Shown: positions 27,465 through 41,530, counted from the stretch's first letter. The stretch: 64,000 bases of DNA from Octopus vulgaris (GCA_951406725.2 OX597818.1:46810001-46874000); one strand, 5' to 3'. The notes: generated by a model not told the origin, from the letters alone. Numbers and translations are program-made.

Positions 27465-27688
27465 TTAACCCATTAGCATTCAGATTACTCTGTCAAATAT
27501 AACAATTATTCACATTGTTCTCAATTAATAATGTGTTATGTTGTAGCTTCAAGATTTCAATGAAATGATTGTTTATTTTTTGACTGACATTGTAGGATAG
27601 GTGTGAGAGGCTGGATTTGGCCAGTTTAAACATAAAACAGGTAGAATATTTGGGCTGCATATGGACAGTTTGAATGTTAGAGGGTTAA
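27465..27688 (+). mobile_element. Complete piggyBac-type MITE with TTAA TSD
   Basis: TTAA|CCCATTAGCATTCA ... TGAATGTTAGAGGG|TTAA. Further copies at about 31608-31804 and a partial one at about 53650-53772. Confidence 0.85.
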
Positions 27689-27728
27689 ACACCTTTGTGG
27701 TGATATGTATTTTGAAAAGAATATTCAT

Positions 27729-27886
27729 AGGAGTGGCTGTGTGGCAAGTAACTTGATAACCAACCACATGGTTCCGGGTTCAGTCCCACTGGGTGGCAAC
27801 TTGGGCAAGTGTCTTCTACTATAGCCTCGGGCCGACCAAAGCCTTGTGAGTGGATTTGGTAGATGGAAACTGAAAGAAGCTTGTCA

Positions 27887-27931
<45 letters not shown>

Positions 27932-28116
27932 TTGTGTCTGTGTTTGTCCCCACCATCATCGCTTAACAACCAATGTTGGAGTATTAACATCCTTGTCAGT
28001 AGTTCGGCAAAAGATACCGATAGAATAAGTACTAGGCTTACAAAGAATAAGTCCTGAGGTCAATTTGTTCAACTAAAGGTGGTGCTCCAGCATGGCTGCA
28101 GTCAAAAGACAAACAA
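27729..28116 (+). mobile_element. Family A SINE, near full length, with internal (TG)/(TA) tract
   Basis: tRNA-like head GGAGTGGCTGTGTGG..GGGTTCAGTCCC, CORE-like CTTGGGCAAGTGTCTT, 3' body ending CTCCAGCATGGCTGCAGTCAAA. Confidence 0.9.
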
Positions 28117-28577
28117 GAATCCATAAGGATATACCAAGAAAGATTAAATTAAAGAACTAATGTATTCATCTCTCTGTTCCATAAACTATGTTTTAAAAGA
28201 AATGAGATATTTTGGAAAAAATTGAAACAATACAAATCAGCTGTTTCAAAGAACTTGTAGAAATGATAAAAAAAAAAGATAGCAACAGAATGCAAAATCA
28301 CATTGAGTAAATGTATTAAAACTGAAAAAGTAGAAATAAATGTGACTAAATGCACAAGAGCAGATTTATGCAAAGTCAAATCAAGTGAAAAACAGTTTAG
28401 AATATAAGTACAAAGAAATCTACAAAGCTGATTACACTTCTGTTCCCCACAAATAACTATTTGGTGTAAATTATTTGTTAGTTTACCTATTTTGATTAGT
28501 TCAAAGGTATGAGTTTTGCTAGTAATAAAAGACAACTTGAACGTTAATAATTAACACCTGCATTACATCCTTAGCTA

Positions 28578-29720
28578 TTAGGTTAGTACAAAAATAATTG
28601 TGGTTTTTGTTGATTTTAAACTCTGATGTCTTATTTTGAAATAAACTTTGGAGTTAACTCTTTCTCTGTAACATACAATTTTGAAGTGCAGATTTGGGTC
28701 TGATTTGTCTAATTGTTTTGTTATCGATAATTGTTCTGGATAATTTTTTCTTGTTTTGGCTGTCAACTGAGAAAAAAAAAACTCAGATACACATGATTTT
28801 ATTGTATGAATTCAAAATGGAATGCAATGCAACAGAATCTACTTGCAGAACCAATGAACCATTTGGTCAGAGAATTATTAAGACTTACAATGAACAGCTC
28901 AACATTGGTTCCAAAAAGTTCATAATGGCAATGAGAGCTTTGGAAACGAGAAAGGCTGCAAATGGTCTTCTATGAATGATGCCCAACTCGGTGCCTTTAT
29001 TGAAGCAGAATCAAGTAAAACATCTCAAGAGGTTGCAGACAATTCAACATCTGTACAATATTGCGAAAAAAAAAAGTCCAACAAATGCAAGCTACATAAT
29101 CTGAACAAAATTTGTTTTTAAATTAAAAAGAAAATTGCCATTATGAAGTCTACTTATTTGATGCAGCTAGAACAAATTTCTTGATTCCATTGCAAATTAG
29201 GATTTTAAAAAGTGAATTCTCTACACGGTGGTTGGACCAAGATGAAGTGCCAAAACACTTCTCAAGCTGAAGCTGTGTCAAAAGGTTTTGGTCACTGTTT
29301 AGTGATTGGCAAGTGCAATCCTCCACTACTTTTTCTGGAATCCTGGTAAAAGCATCACGACAGGAAAGTATGACTGGGAAATTGACAAAATGTACCAAGA
29401 ACTGTAATGTTTACATGTGGTGTTGATCACTCAAAAAGGACCAAATCTTCTCCATGACAACACCCAAACACATGTTTTACATTTGGCTCTGCAGAAATTG
29501 AATAAAGTGGCATACAAAAATCTACCTCACTCAGTATATTTTCCACACCACTTTCTCATCAACTGCCACTTTTCCATGAATCTTGATGACTTCCTGCAAA
29601 GGCTTCCAACAACCAAGCAGTAGCTCCAAATGCTTCAAAAGGTATTTTGAGCTACTTCTTTGTTTCTATACTACCAAATAAATTCATTTCTTGTTGGCAA
29701 AAATGGATTCTAATAGGAGT
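28578..29720 (+). mobile_element. Decayed mariner transposon (Hsmar1/cecropia-like), 3' TIR not seen
   Basis: TA|TTAGGTTAGTACAAAAATAATTGTGGTTTTT resembles the Hsmar1 TIR. Translations give ILLYEFKMECNATES (HTH), WLDQDEVPKHF and GPNLLHDNTQTHV..LQKLNKVAYKNLPH (cf. LLHDNARPH..LPHPPYSPDL). Confidence 0.9.
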
Positions 29721-29802
29721 AATGTGGACTAACCACATGAAAAAAGAAAAACTCCAGGGCTTAGCAAATATGCAATAACTAAGATAACTATTCCATTACT
29801 CC

Positions 29803-30172
29803 CTTTTACTCTTTTACTTGTTTCAGTCATTTGACTGCAGCCATGCTGGAGCACTGCCTTTAGTCAAACAAACTGACCCCAAGACTTATTCTTTGTAAGC
29901 CTAGTACTTATTCTATCGATCTCTTTTGCCAAACCGCAAAGTTACGGGGACATAAACACACCACCATCGATTGTCAAGCGATGTTGGGGGGGGGGGGACA
30001 AACACAGACACACATATATGTATGTATACATATATATGACAGGCCTCTTTCAGTTTCTGTCTACCAAATCCACTTACAAGGCTTTGGTCAGCCCAAGGCT
30101 ATAGTAGAAGACACTTGTCCAAGGTGCCACGCAGTGAGACTGAACCCGGAACCATGTGGTTCGTAAGCAAGC
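29803..30172 (-). mobile_element. Family A SINE
   Basis: High similarity to the 27729 and 42460 copies. Confidence 0.9.
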
Positions 30173-31124
30173 CACTGAATTTCAGACTCACAGTGAGAAC
30201 AGATTCTTTGAAAATGAACAGTTGACAACAGGTTATGCTTAAATTAGTTGTTTTCTGAATAAATTTACTCAATTTCATACATTAAAAAAAAAATAATAAT
30301 AATAATAACTCGGGGGTCCTATATCCTTAATGCACAAAAAATGTTTTTATGAATATGTGCTACTGAAATTGGGGGACATCTAATATGTCTATGAGTCCTT
30401 TATTCCATCCAATACAGAAAGTTTCCTACATTTAATGATAAATTATTTACTGTTCATAGATTTTGCATTGTAGCTGGAATTATAATTCAGTATTAGAGAA
30501 ATGCTTTGCTCAATATCCACCATCTATAAGACTATTAAAATAATAGTTATATTTTATACTACATTCACTGAAACACCATATCTAATTTGAGGCTACACTG
30601 ACAAGCTTGTTGAAGGGATTGAAATTATGACCTTTGGATCAATAGTCAGTTGTCTAACCTGTTAGTCACTGAAACATCTGGAGAGAGAAAAGTGATAAGC
30701 TCAATTTACCCTGAATCTCAGAAAATAAGTTGAGATGGAAGATAACCATTGCAAGGAAATGATAGTGATATGAACATGTGGCAAAAAAAGATAGTGAGAA
30801 CCAAATGAACAAACTGGATTAGTAATAACTAAGTAGAAGTAAGCTAAAGCAAGCTTATAATATGGTAATGGTAATTTCTGAAAGAACTCCTATAAGAATT
30901 CACTAACAGAGGGAATGACTAAAGAATAAAATTACAAAGTCTGCAATAAAATAATGTGCAAATGTTGATGGCCTCAAATCATTATGAAGATGTATGTATA
31001 TTGTTTAAATTTCTTCAGAAATGAAACTAACCTACAAACTGCAGGAATTATGAAAAAAAAAAGCATTTCAATTTAAAAAAAAGGAAACAGTAAACATTCA
31101 CAGTGATTATGATATATTTACTTT

Positions 31125-31425
31125 GTAAAGTGGTTGGTATTTGGAAGACTTCATTGGTGCTGGTGCCACATAAAAAGCACCTACACCACTTTGTAAAGTG
31201 GCTGGCGTTAGGAAGGGTATCCAGCCGTAAAAATCATGCTAAAGCAGACCTCTCCAATGCTGGTGCTACGTGAAAAGCACCCAGCCCACTCTGTAAAGTG
31301 GTTGGTGTTAGGAAGGGCATCCAATCATAAAGATCATGCCAAAACAGACAGTGGAACTGGTTTACCAGCTCCTGTCAAACTGCCCAACCCACACCAGCAT
31401 GAAAGACGAACATTAAATGATGATG
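31125..31425 (+). mobile_element. RTE-type 3' end with duplicated core
   Basis: The AAAAGCACC..TGTAAAGTGG..TTAGGAAGGG block occurs twice, followed by a GAT tail. Confidence 0.75.
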
Positions 31426-33976
31426 AATATATTTTAGAAGGATCACATTGAAATAACTCTACTGGGGTTATCCTCATCATTTAATATACATATTCCATAT
31501 TGACACAAGTTGAACAATTTGACAGGATCCAACAGGTCAGAGGACTGTGTCCAAGCTCCAATGTCTGTTTTACATGGCTTCTACAGTCGGATATCATCCC
31601 TAACATATAACGTTTCAGAATTCAGGCTGCTCTGTCAAATGTGATGTTTACTTATTTTGTGGCTTCAAAATTTCGATGATGTGACTGTTCATTTTCAGAA
31701 TGTCATTGTAGGGTAGGTGTGAGAGGCTGGATCAGGTCAGTTAGAACATAAAACAGGTAACATATTTAGGCCAAATATGGCTAGTTTAAATGCTAAAGGG
31801 CTAAAGTATAAAAGGAAAACAGTCTTTAAGCACATGAGTGAATAGTTTGCTAACTTTATTTCATTAAAATTGAAATTACTTCTTACTATTTCAAATTTAA
31901 AACAACCACCATGAAATGAGCATATTCTCACACAACTGTTGTTATATAAAGAGAAATGCTCATTTAGATATAAAATACTGTGATCAGTGCTCCAATATCA
32001 TCATGTCCATTTTAGCCCAGCTGATAGAAGTAGGACTGACCTCAGTGTCTTTCATTGTGATTTTAAGACTGAATGACCAACCTATCTTCAATCCTTGGTA
32101 TATTTTATCATGTCAGTTGAATTACAGAATTTGTTTACAACAGGGTTAAAGAGTTCACTCTGCTTGTATGTGTGTATATATTTGTCCCTCTTAGCGTGTG
32201 GCATCTATGTATAATAATGCCCTCTATATATATAAATTAATATGTTCAATAAGAAAGAATTATTTTCGAAATTTTTCTCTTATGAGGTTTTTCACACTAT
32301 CTACCTGATAATTTCTTATTAAGATTCCTTATTAAGAAGTTGTCCTTAATTGCTATATATATATATATATATATATAGTATTATTATTATTATTATTATT
32401 ACTACTCAGCTGACAGAGTTCATGTCCTTTCCGGTTGCTCAAACTATATTTGACAATTGTGTGGATTACATTGGCGGTAGAAATTGTGAAGAGGCACTTA
32501 ATGATGTCAGTAAGCATGCAATAACTGAAGTGGAAAGGAAAGCTATTCATAAAAGGAATTTCCTCTTCGGATATACATAAGCATAACTATATAAAGTAAT
32601 ATTAAAAACAATGACGTACCTCCTATACAATTGAAAATGACACGGAAAGAGACAGAGACGCTTATCAGATAGGATTGAGATAAATATCTAATAAATATCT
32701 GACGTGAACTGAAGAAGGAAACTGAATTCAGACAAATTTTAAAATCATATAAGAACAAAAATATGCAAGTATAAGAACTTCAGTAACTAGAGATATAAAA
32801 AATAAGTGGAAAAGGATGTGTGTGTGTGATTTGTTTCTTTCATGCCAGCTCAAGTTGGATGAATGCATACTAAAGCAGGATTTTAAAGCTGGATACCCTT
32901 TCTGTCACTAATCCTTATCTGTATTTCAAGTCATGAATTTACTTTTTTTTAATCCACTTGTCTTTGAAATTACTGAGCTATTAGACAATTTCTTAATAGT
33001 GTGTGTCAACAAACATCAGCACCTTTTACTCACCACTTTTCATGCAAGGACACAGAATATAAACATACACACAGATGCATATACATAGATCTTTCAAAGT
33101 ACTTTCACCCACCCTTATATAATACAGAGTGACAAAATATTTCCTCTATATAACACCAGTTCTTGTCCCTCTATCATATTTGTCTCTTGATGCCTGACAT
33201 AAAGCCATCTCCTTCTCTACAACAATACCACTCTTTTTCTTTGTCTTTCTCCCAGTACACTGTAATGTGGTTGGCATTAGAAAGAGCATCCAGTCATATA
33301 AACATACCAAAGTAGACTTCAAGCCCTGATGCAGTCTTCCAACTTATTGAATCCTGTCAAACCATCTGATGTCAGTTTGAAAGATGGACATTAAATGATG
33401 AAATACATGCATACACACACACGCAACAAGCTTCCAAACAGTTTCTGTCAATCAAAGTCACTACAAGGTATTAGTCGGCCTGAGGCTACAATAGAACACA
33501 CTTGCACAAGATGTCATGCAGTGAGATATTACTCAAGACCATGTGGTAACAAAGGGAACTCCATATCCACACTAAGCAGTAGTTTATCTTTCCAGGGTAG
33601 CAAGACTGTGCAAGATCATATAGAAGACCAATTCTCGTTTCATGCCTATGATGTTGTCAAAGAGAAGATAAAGAGCCAATACAGTTTGGCATTGGTGCCA
33701 TTAAAGGAAGACCAACATTGAACTGTCTGAGAGGCTCCAGATTTATATTCTATTCAATCACTGCCAGGACTTGAATGGCATGACTGGTATAGATACTTTT
33801 TTTTTATTGAGCTTGGAAAGACGAAAGACAAAATTGGCCTTACTGAGATTTAAACAAAATGTAATGAGCTAAAACAAATACTACAACACTAATGATTCTG
33901 CCATCAACCACTATATATATAAGCTAATGAAGTTCCTTACATAACCCTTATTTTTTCTGGTGTCACCTCTTTGTTC

Positions 33977-34018
<42 letters not shown>

Positions 34019-34842
34019 GGTGCAGCCATCTGGTTTGCCAGACCTCAGTCAAATCATCCAACCTATGCTAGCATGAAAAGCAGATGTTAAACAATGATGA
34101 TGATATATAGATATATATATGTGCTTAGTGCTGACCATCAGAAGAAAAAGTACTTGATATCAAAGATTATATTTTTATTTTGGTCAAGTAAGTCTCTTAC
34201 TACTCTGAGTTTCACCCAAGAGACAGAGAGTGTGTGTGTGTGTGTGTGCAAATAGAGAGACAGACAGAGAAGGGGATGTTAAACTGGTCATCTGACATAA
34301 CAGCTTCCTTATATGTTGTTATGGTTCCCACTTCAGTCTCCACTACATTAACTTTCATAACTTCCACTCTTCACCTCCTCTCCAGCAATTACCTTCCTCC
34401 TATCATCTATAATTATTTCACCTTATCACCATATCTACCTAGTCAGATCTTCAGTATCCCTTCCATATCACTTTATGCAGTTTCCTAACAACTTCCTTTC
34501 AAAAACAACAAGAACCACATAGCCATTACGCATATTAATGGGGGCAAACAAACTTGTATAGTACCCTTACTTCTTGTAACTTTCGGTTGTCATGCTACAG
34601 ATGCTGATTAATCAGCTTTAATAAGATATTTCTTAGCTATACCATTCCTCAATAAAGTCATGCTGCCTCAAGGAAAAAATTACTTTGTACCTTAACAGTT
34701 GCTTACTTAATATAAAGATTTTAATTCATCCTCCTATTAAAAAAATATTAATCCACAGTCAGCAACATTTCGAATAAATTCCAGAAAGGAAGGAATCTGA
34801 TAAATAAAATTTTTTGCCAACAATCACATCTACTTGGCTTAC

Positions 34843-34896
34843 CAGTGTCTTTCTTTTTGGCTCCTGCTCTTACTATTGTTGTTCTCTCTTCTGAAC
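34843..34896 (-). other. Candidate exon 3' end (strong donor; 5' boundary uncertain)
   Basis: ...AAGAAAGACACTG|gtaagc with open frame SEERTTIVRAGAKKKDT. The acceptor is weak, so this may be the end of a longer first exon. Confidence 0.3.
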
Positions 34897-35399
34897 CTAG
34901 ATCTCAAACAAAATATTTCATTAAATACGCTTGTTTGCGTCTGAACTAATTAATATCACTCTACATTCATTGATCGTCATCAAACAAAATCTACAATCCT
35001 TCACTTAATCCTTTTGGAATGACTATTAAATGAACATTGCTGTATGAATATTAATACATTCATACCAGTCCAAATCACACAAAAGCAATCCTTTGATTTG
35101 TTTAATCAGAAAAACTTGTTGAATTCCATTTTCATCTCTATTAAATAGTGCACGGACACTACATCATCACGATAAAATTGAATGTCTTTTTTCTTACGCA
35201 TCTGATGTGTATTTTTAAAAAACACATTTGAAGCCGTTATCTTTATATTCCAGTAAATGAAATAAGCTTCACTAGTTAAAGTTTTAAGCTGACAAGTCCT
35301 CATTTATCAACAACAGGCCTACTTACAAAATTATATTTCCATTTTTAAGAAATATAAAATATAGTCTTTTTGACTATGTGGTTGGTTACAGAAACTGCG

Positions 35400-38105
35400 A
35401 AACGTAAAATGGTTTTACTCGAAGAAAACGTCTATAAAGAGCTTACTCAAGATCCACAACTTAGACCAACATCCTGAACACCTTTAAAAATTAAGGGCCA
35501 AAAGATCGATCCTTTCCTAAATCAAATAATTTGTAGAAACTTTATTGGTAAAATAATGACTAAGAAACTGGAAGCCTAAAGGTGTTTCTTCCGGCTTGCT
35601 ACATTCTCAGTTCGAATTACACCTAGATCAGTATTACCTTTCATTCTTTCGAGGTCGATAACCTACCGGTCAAGTACTGGAATTAATGACATCGACTAAC
35701 CCACTCACTCCCCGTCAAAACTACTGGCCTTGTGCCTAAATTTGAGCCCATTATTGTCATCGTCGTTATTATTATTCATTAAAAGAAATGACAACACTCG
35801 TAACAGAAGCAAATCTATTCGATCCTTGCATTTTAGGATCATAATAAGCTACTCTTGCATTTCTTCAAAACCTCCATTAGCTTCCTGTAAATCTAGTGGT
35901 TTTTACCCTACACCCACCCGATTTGAAATATTTATATTAATGAGAGATAATCAGAACAAGAATTAGCTTCCCTGAGTTGAGCTAAAAGAGGGAATAGCGC
36001 CCTTCGAAACATTTTTTTTTTTTAAATTTGTTAAAGGATCTTTAACTAGAAAGCTATGAAGTCGCTTTTATTTTTATATAATTGAAACTCTAGAAGATAT
36101 CCTAAAGTAAATATATCTTCATAATCGTGTGCTGGATTTATAATTAAAAAACAATCAGAGCAAAATGATAGTTTTTATTAAGATGGTTGATGGTGTTGAA
36201 ATATTGTTGTAGTCGTGAGAACTTCAGTGTCTAATCACAACCAGCTGAAGAGAGGGTAGGACTGTTAAATAAATGTCCTTACATACTAAACTTATTTCTA
36301 AATAATAAAGCCTTTTTCTTAAACGAATTTTAATTGATAGGAAAGAATAAAGTAACTCCGATACTACCAAAATCCAAAGACACCCTTTTGCGTTCTCTTG
36401 AAATGGTGTATCACATTTTTTTTTCAAACTTCCGCACCACAGACTATTACACTTTTCGGTCCCGTGTTCTAGAAAGTGGATAGTCGTGAAATTATTCCTC
36501 ATACTTTTTCAACAAAATTACAACAAGGTAATATTTTTAACGGTAGAATCCTAACTAAATGTCTACAACAGACATAGTCGTAAACGAGTGACAACAAAAT
36601 AAGGGGGTGTAGTTTTTCTCGTCACCATTCTTGTCGCCTAATAATCGCTAATATTCCATCAAGTGTCCACCACAAAATACCCATGTCTTCAATTCAGTCG
36701 CTTTACAACGATCATATTCGTTTGTTAATTTCTAAAAATTCACACACAAGTATCAAGACTTTGGTTTCCAAATTTTGTCTTTTAAACATTCTACAGAATT
36801 GACTGCCAACACTAACCGAAGAAGAAAAGAAAAAAAACCTGTTTTTAATTCTAGTCTTCCGATCGTGAAGCCCCACCCTAGAAAACGACAGTTCTTACTC
36901 TCGGTAGTATTTCAACTACAAGATGTGCTGAGTTCACATTTAGATACAGATAAGCAAAAAGCTAAAATGTTATTGCTTAGAGGAATGGTAGTGAGAGAAA
37001 ACAAAAAAACACAACAAAAAGAAAGAAGAAAAAAAAACTTTACATTCATGAGAATGACATTAACATTTATCAGCAGGAATTTAAAAAGGGGGGGACAAAA
37101 CACTAGAAATTTAGGAAACCAAAAGGGAGCGGAGGGGAGCAAGTGTGAACAAATGCAACAACTCTAAGGCCTTTGTTACTAAATATCAATAAATTATTTG
37201 CCAAATTCCAAACTGCATGCAAGTGAAATGTGTTGATCACACTAATTGAAGACGAGTAAACGATTCAAGTTGTAATGACATTTTGAGGAATATTGGAATC
37301 TTTGAAATAAATCTTTGTTCCATTTTCACAACAGGAGTAACTAATCGACAAACACACTCACTACACATAGTAGGAGATAAGAAAAAGTCATACTAGTTAC
37401 CTAGAGATAATAATAATGTACGTGTACACAAAATATATGAACTTTTGACAACAAATTATATTAGAAGAACAATAAAAAGTTGCTTATCTAATCTACAATG
37501 AGGTCTGATCGTCTCGGTTTTATAAGGAGATTACAAAAGTAAGGCGAGGGGTAGATGTCACACAACAGTGGAAATAAGACTACCCGAAAATAGCAGGGTG
37601 ACAGATATTCAAAAGTAAACGTAATACACACACACACCATACATCTACCTACATCTGTCAATGTGTGTATGTGTGTATAAAATGTATGTATGTATGTGTA
37701 TATGATGCCGCATACACGTGTGTACTACTTTATTTGAAGTGAATCACTGAATCTGGAAGATTAAAATAATAAAGATATCGGATATCAAGGTATAGATTAT
37801 ACATTAAGGTTTGACAAAGATGATACCGAAAGTGATGTGGGTAGGGAGATGAAAATTAAGACACCACAAACAAACAAACAAACAATTATTGACAACACCA
37901 CTAACAACAACTGGAATAAATAGAAGGGGAAAACTTTTTCCCGGGGTAATTTATATTCTCATAAGACATAATTAGCAATCGTATCCCCAGTTTGGGGAAG
38001 TCCTCAGAAAGACGTTTTTCACGTTCCTCATAGGAAAATCATTATTTGATTTATTCAACTTTTGACGCCATATAAAAATGTAATAATAGTATTAGTACAA
38101 TAACA

Positions 38106-38140
<35 letters not shown>

Positions 38141-39760
38141 CATATATATATATTATATATATATATATATATATATGCGTGTGTGTAGTGTTTCGTTCTG
38201 AATAGTGTTTTTAATAGGTTTTTTCATGCATGCTTTAAACGTTAGTCAGTTACGAATTGAATTATAAATTTCAAGTAGAAAAAGTATGTAGGAACATTTC
38301 TATAAATGACAATGATAGGAAGAGGAAAGGAGTAGTGTCAGTTTGGGAAAATAAAGTCTCGACATTGAAAAAAGGGGTCCAGATTTAGGTGTATTTCGGG
38401 GACACGTAAAGCTTAGTTGTAGGGAAAGATTATTCGTTTCAAAGCAGTCGCCACAGACCACTTGGTGAACGTAAGGTTTAGTGTTAGGAGGAAAGAAATG
38501 TATTCATGCACGCATGAGAACGAATAGTTATGATTTAAAGAAGAACAAGTTTAATGTATTTGAATTGAATTTATATTGTTGAATAAAAAAATGTTAAAAC
38601 TTGCCTCAACAAAGAGCAGAAATCCAAGGTCGAGATTTTGAACTCCAAATCCTTCGCCACTGAGAGACTACATATTTTGTTGAAGTAGGCATTCATTGAA
38701 GATGAACTCAACCACTTTCTCGTGAGTTCTGTCCAACAGTAGGATACATGTAACAAATACAGGAATCTTTAAGTTTCAATTTAACCAATTTGCCATATGG
38801 AGATAGGGGAAATTTTAAAAAACCTCGCTTGTGATAATAACAAGCTTCCAGCTAATCTTGTGGTTTTGGGGCACCGACTGACATGAATTTCAGTAAAATA
38901 TTTCCACATATAAAGTCAGCCTTTCATTGCAGATATTGTGATAAATAGCATATATAAGTTAATCCGGGAGAATGTATTAGAACTGGAGGAAATGACAACT
39001 TCAAATTTTAAAACAAGATGCGGTAGATTTGGAGTGTTTCAAGCAGTTTGTTCCGCCATGATGTCAGCTTTTATGACTAATGTGTTTCTGGGATCGGAAA
39101 AACATTCGAACTGCGTCTTTAATTTAATTCCAGAAGTGACAAGTCTTTCCATTGATAAAATAATTTCACCACTTGTAAACTGCTGGTCAAAGTAATTGCT
39201 AATATACATGAGAGTTGTCGGTAATATTTTATAGAACTACTTTTCCCCGATGTGAGTTCGCCAAGTTAGTACTACGCCATGAACAGATAACTCTAGTTTT
39301 CTAGGTTTTTAGAGAAGTATTCTCCAAGAAAAATGTTCTATTATAATTCCATTCACATCTCGGGTACCTAAAAGGAATCGATGCCAGTTCTTTATTTTAT
39401 CAACCCAGAGAAGATGTAAGGCTGAATTGATCTCGAGGAATTTTAGCTTCGGACACGTTTTCTCCGATTTTAGTTATTAAAATCGTACTCTTAGAGAAAT
39501 AGATATCTGATTAAGTATAAAATTTTGTAAGTTAACAATAAATTAAAGTTTACGATTAATCTATTTAAGCATTATTTGACTTTACTTATCTCCGGTTCCA
39601 ACACTGAGCAAGCTTTTAATTAATATATATTACATCAAACATTTGGAAATCGAATATTAGTAATGAAGAAATTCAACTTACCTTTCTGTATCAGATTTAT
39701 AGATTGTTCTGTGATTTCTGAATGGTGAGAAACCTAAACGGGGAGCAATACGTTAGGTTT
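35400..39760. promoter_or_regulatory. CpG-retaining, repeat-poor region, probable unmethylated promoter
   Basis: Hand count about 15 CpG in 36481-36905 versus none in 14341-14760. YY1-like CATGGCGG on the minus strand at about 39054-39061. Few TE insertions. Confidence 0.55.
39682..39733 (-). other. Candidate 52-nt exon
   Basis: Branch-like cctaac, acceptor ctcccgtttag, consensus donor AAG|gtaagt; open frame VSHHSEITEQSINLIQK. Confidence 0.35.
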
Positions 39761-40949
39761 ATTCAGTCAAGAAAAAAAACTGAGAGAGAATTGGAGGTTT
39801 ATTTTGAGAATGTGAAGCAAGAAAAAATAATCCTGATTGCAAGGCTCAAAGATTTTATAAACCATTAGGAAGAAATGTGCTCCAGTACATACTGTTGCAT
39901 ATGTTCTTGTTCATAATAAAAGGAAAGAATCACGAAAAAGTTATTATAAAATGAGTTTTGAATGTGTGATATGAATGACAGTAAAAATAATAGGACAGCT
40001 ATTGAGGGTTATTTCATCTTGCTTATAAAGATAATCAATGTAGAGGAAGCTGTAAATTCATGTTTAAAAAAAACGATTATGTAGGGACTGCGTTAGTTAT
40101 TTGACTAGTATAACAATGTTGTCACAAATTGTTACAAAGGCAACTTGAGAAGAGCAGTTTCAGAGGTCTCAAACTGATGGATAAAATATCAAAGCAGTTG
40201 TAAGTTTTGGTAGAGTGAATGGTCAATAGGTTTACTTTCGATAAGGTTTAGTTTGGAATCACAAATGCTTCAAGAAATGTCCTCAGTACATAAAAACACT
40301 ACTTGGTATTTTCCATTCTAGAGAAGGCCTTGTATTATCTTTTGTATTTCCTACAGCTGTAAACTTGTATTTCCTATAGCTTTCAACTTGCAGTTATTCA
40401 CGAAAAATATTGATTGTGTGGATTTCTCCAATGTTTGAGGCCCTGCAAAGGGAATGAGCACAGCTTCTCCTTTTAGACAAAACCACTCAAAAACTTTTTT
40501 TTAAATAAATAAAGCTCTAACCATAGAAGAATGGTCATGAGTTCAAAAGTCTGTAGTCTGGCCTGAAAAGAACTAAAATGCTAACTAGCAACAAGAAACA
40601 TAAAATATCAGCATTTTCTAAGAAGAGGCTTTGCTTTACAAAAATAGGAGAGGTGTATTGGAGAACTTAATTCTTTCTACTTGACACAACCAATCAATGG
40701 GATCACTGGCATATTAACAGGATATCTGGTCAGTTCCACATTGGTCAATTCGTCACAGGATAATTCATTACCAGGTCAACTTAGACTGCCAGCCACCAGG
40801 ATATTAAATATAGTTTAAATAAGATATTCAAGTGACACTAAGAAATAGAAACTTCCTGTTGACATTAAGAGATGAGATAATTTCAAATGATGAAAAATAA
40901 ATTCAATTTTCTAAATAATTTTTAAAGCATTTTCTTACATCATGTAATT

Positions 40950-41530
40950 CATATTCCACTGGTCTGGAACCCCTACCTTGCCCAGGATATTAATCGTCTG
41001 GAAGCCGTTCAGTGACGTGCAACCAAGAGAATACCCTCCATCAGGCATTTGCCATATTCTGAACGCCTTACTTCCCTGGGCATGGACACATTGAAACTCC
41101 GACATCTGGCAGCTGACTTGGCAGACACCCATAAAATTATTAACCATCTTTTACAAACAATAACTCTGAGCACCTTTTCAAACTCCACCTGTCTAACACC
41201 CGTAAACATGTTTACAAAGTCAGAAAACAGCACAGCTCCCATGACTTTCGGGAACATTTTTTCACGCTAAGAGTTGCTGAAGCAGGGAACAGACTGCTGA
41301 CATCAGTTGTTAGTTGTCGGAGCACTGCATCCTTCAAAACTTCCATGCTTCCTGAGATTCGCCAACACTACACCTGATTTTCTCCCCTCCATACACATGC
41401 AAGCATGTATTTGACTCGTACACTGTTCACTTTCCAGACATTTGTACATTACTGCATATGCTTTATACGCACTTTCTGACAAATTGTGGTGCACCTGAGC
41501 ACTGTATACAATAATTTTATTATATTATAT
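40950..41530 (+). mobile_element. CR1-clade LINE 3' end
   Basis: VWNPYLAQDINRLEAVQ*RATKRIPSIRHLPYSERLTSLGMDTLKLR..HFFTLRVAEA.N.L, then 3' UTR and AT-rich tail. Confidence 0.9.

Noticed and set aside
36775-37167. 130-aa plus-strand ORF in the CpG region
   Set aside because: Lys-rich translation of A-runs with a TTG start; more likely UTR or intron read on the wrong strand.
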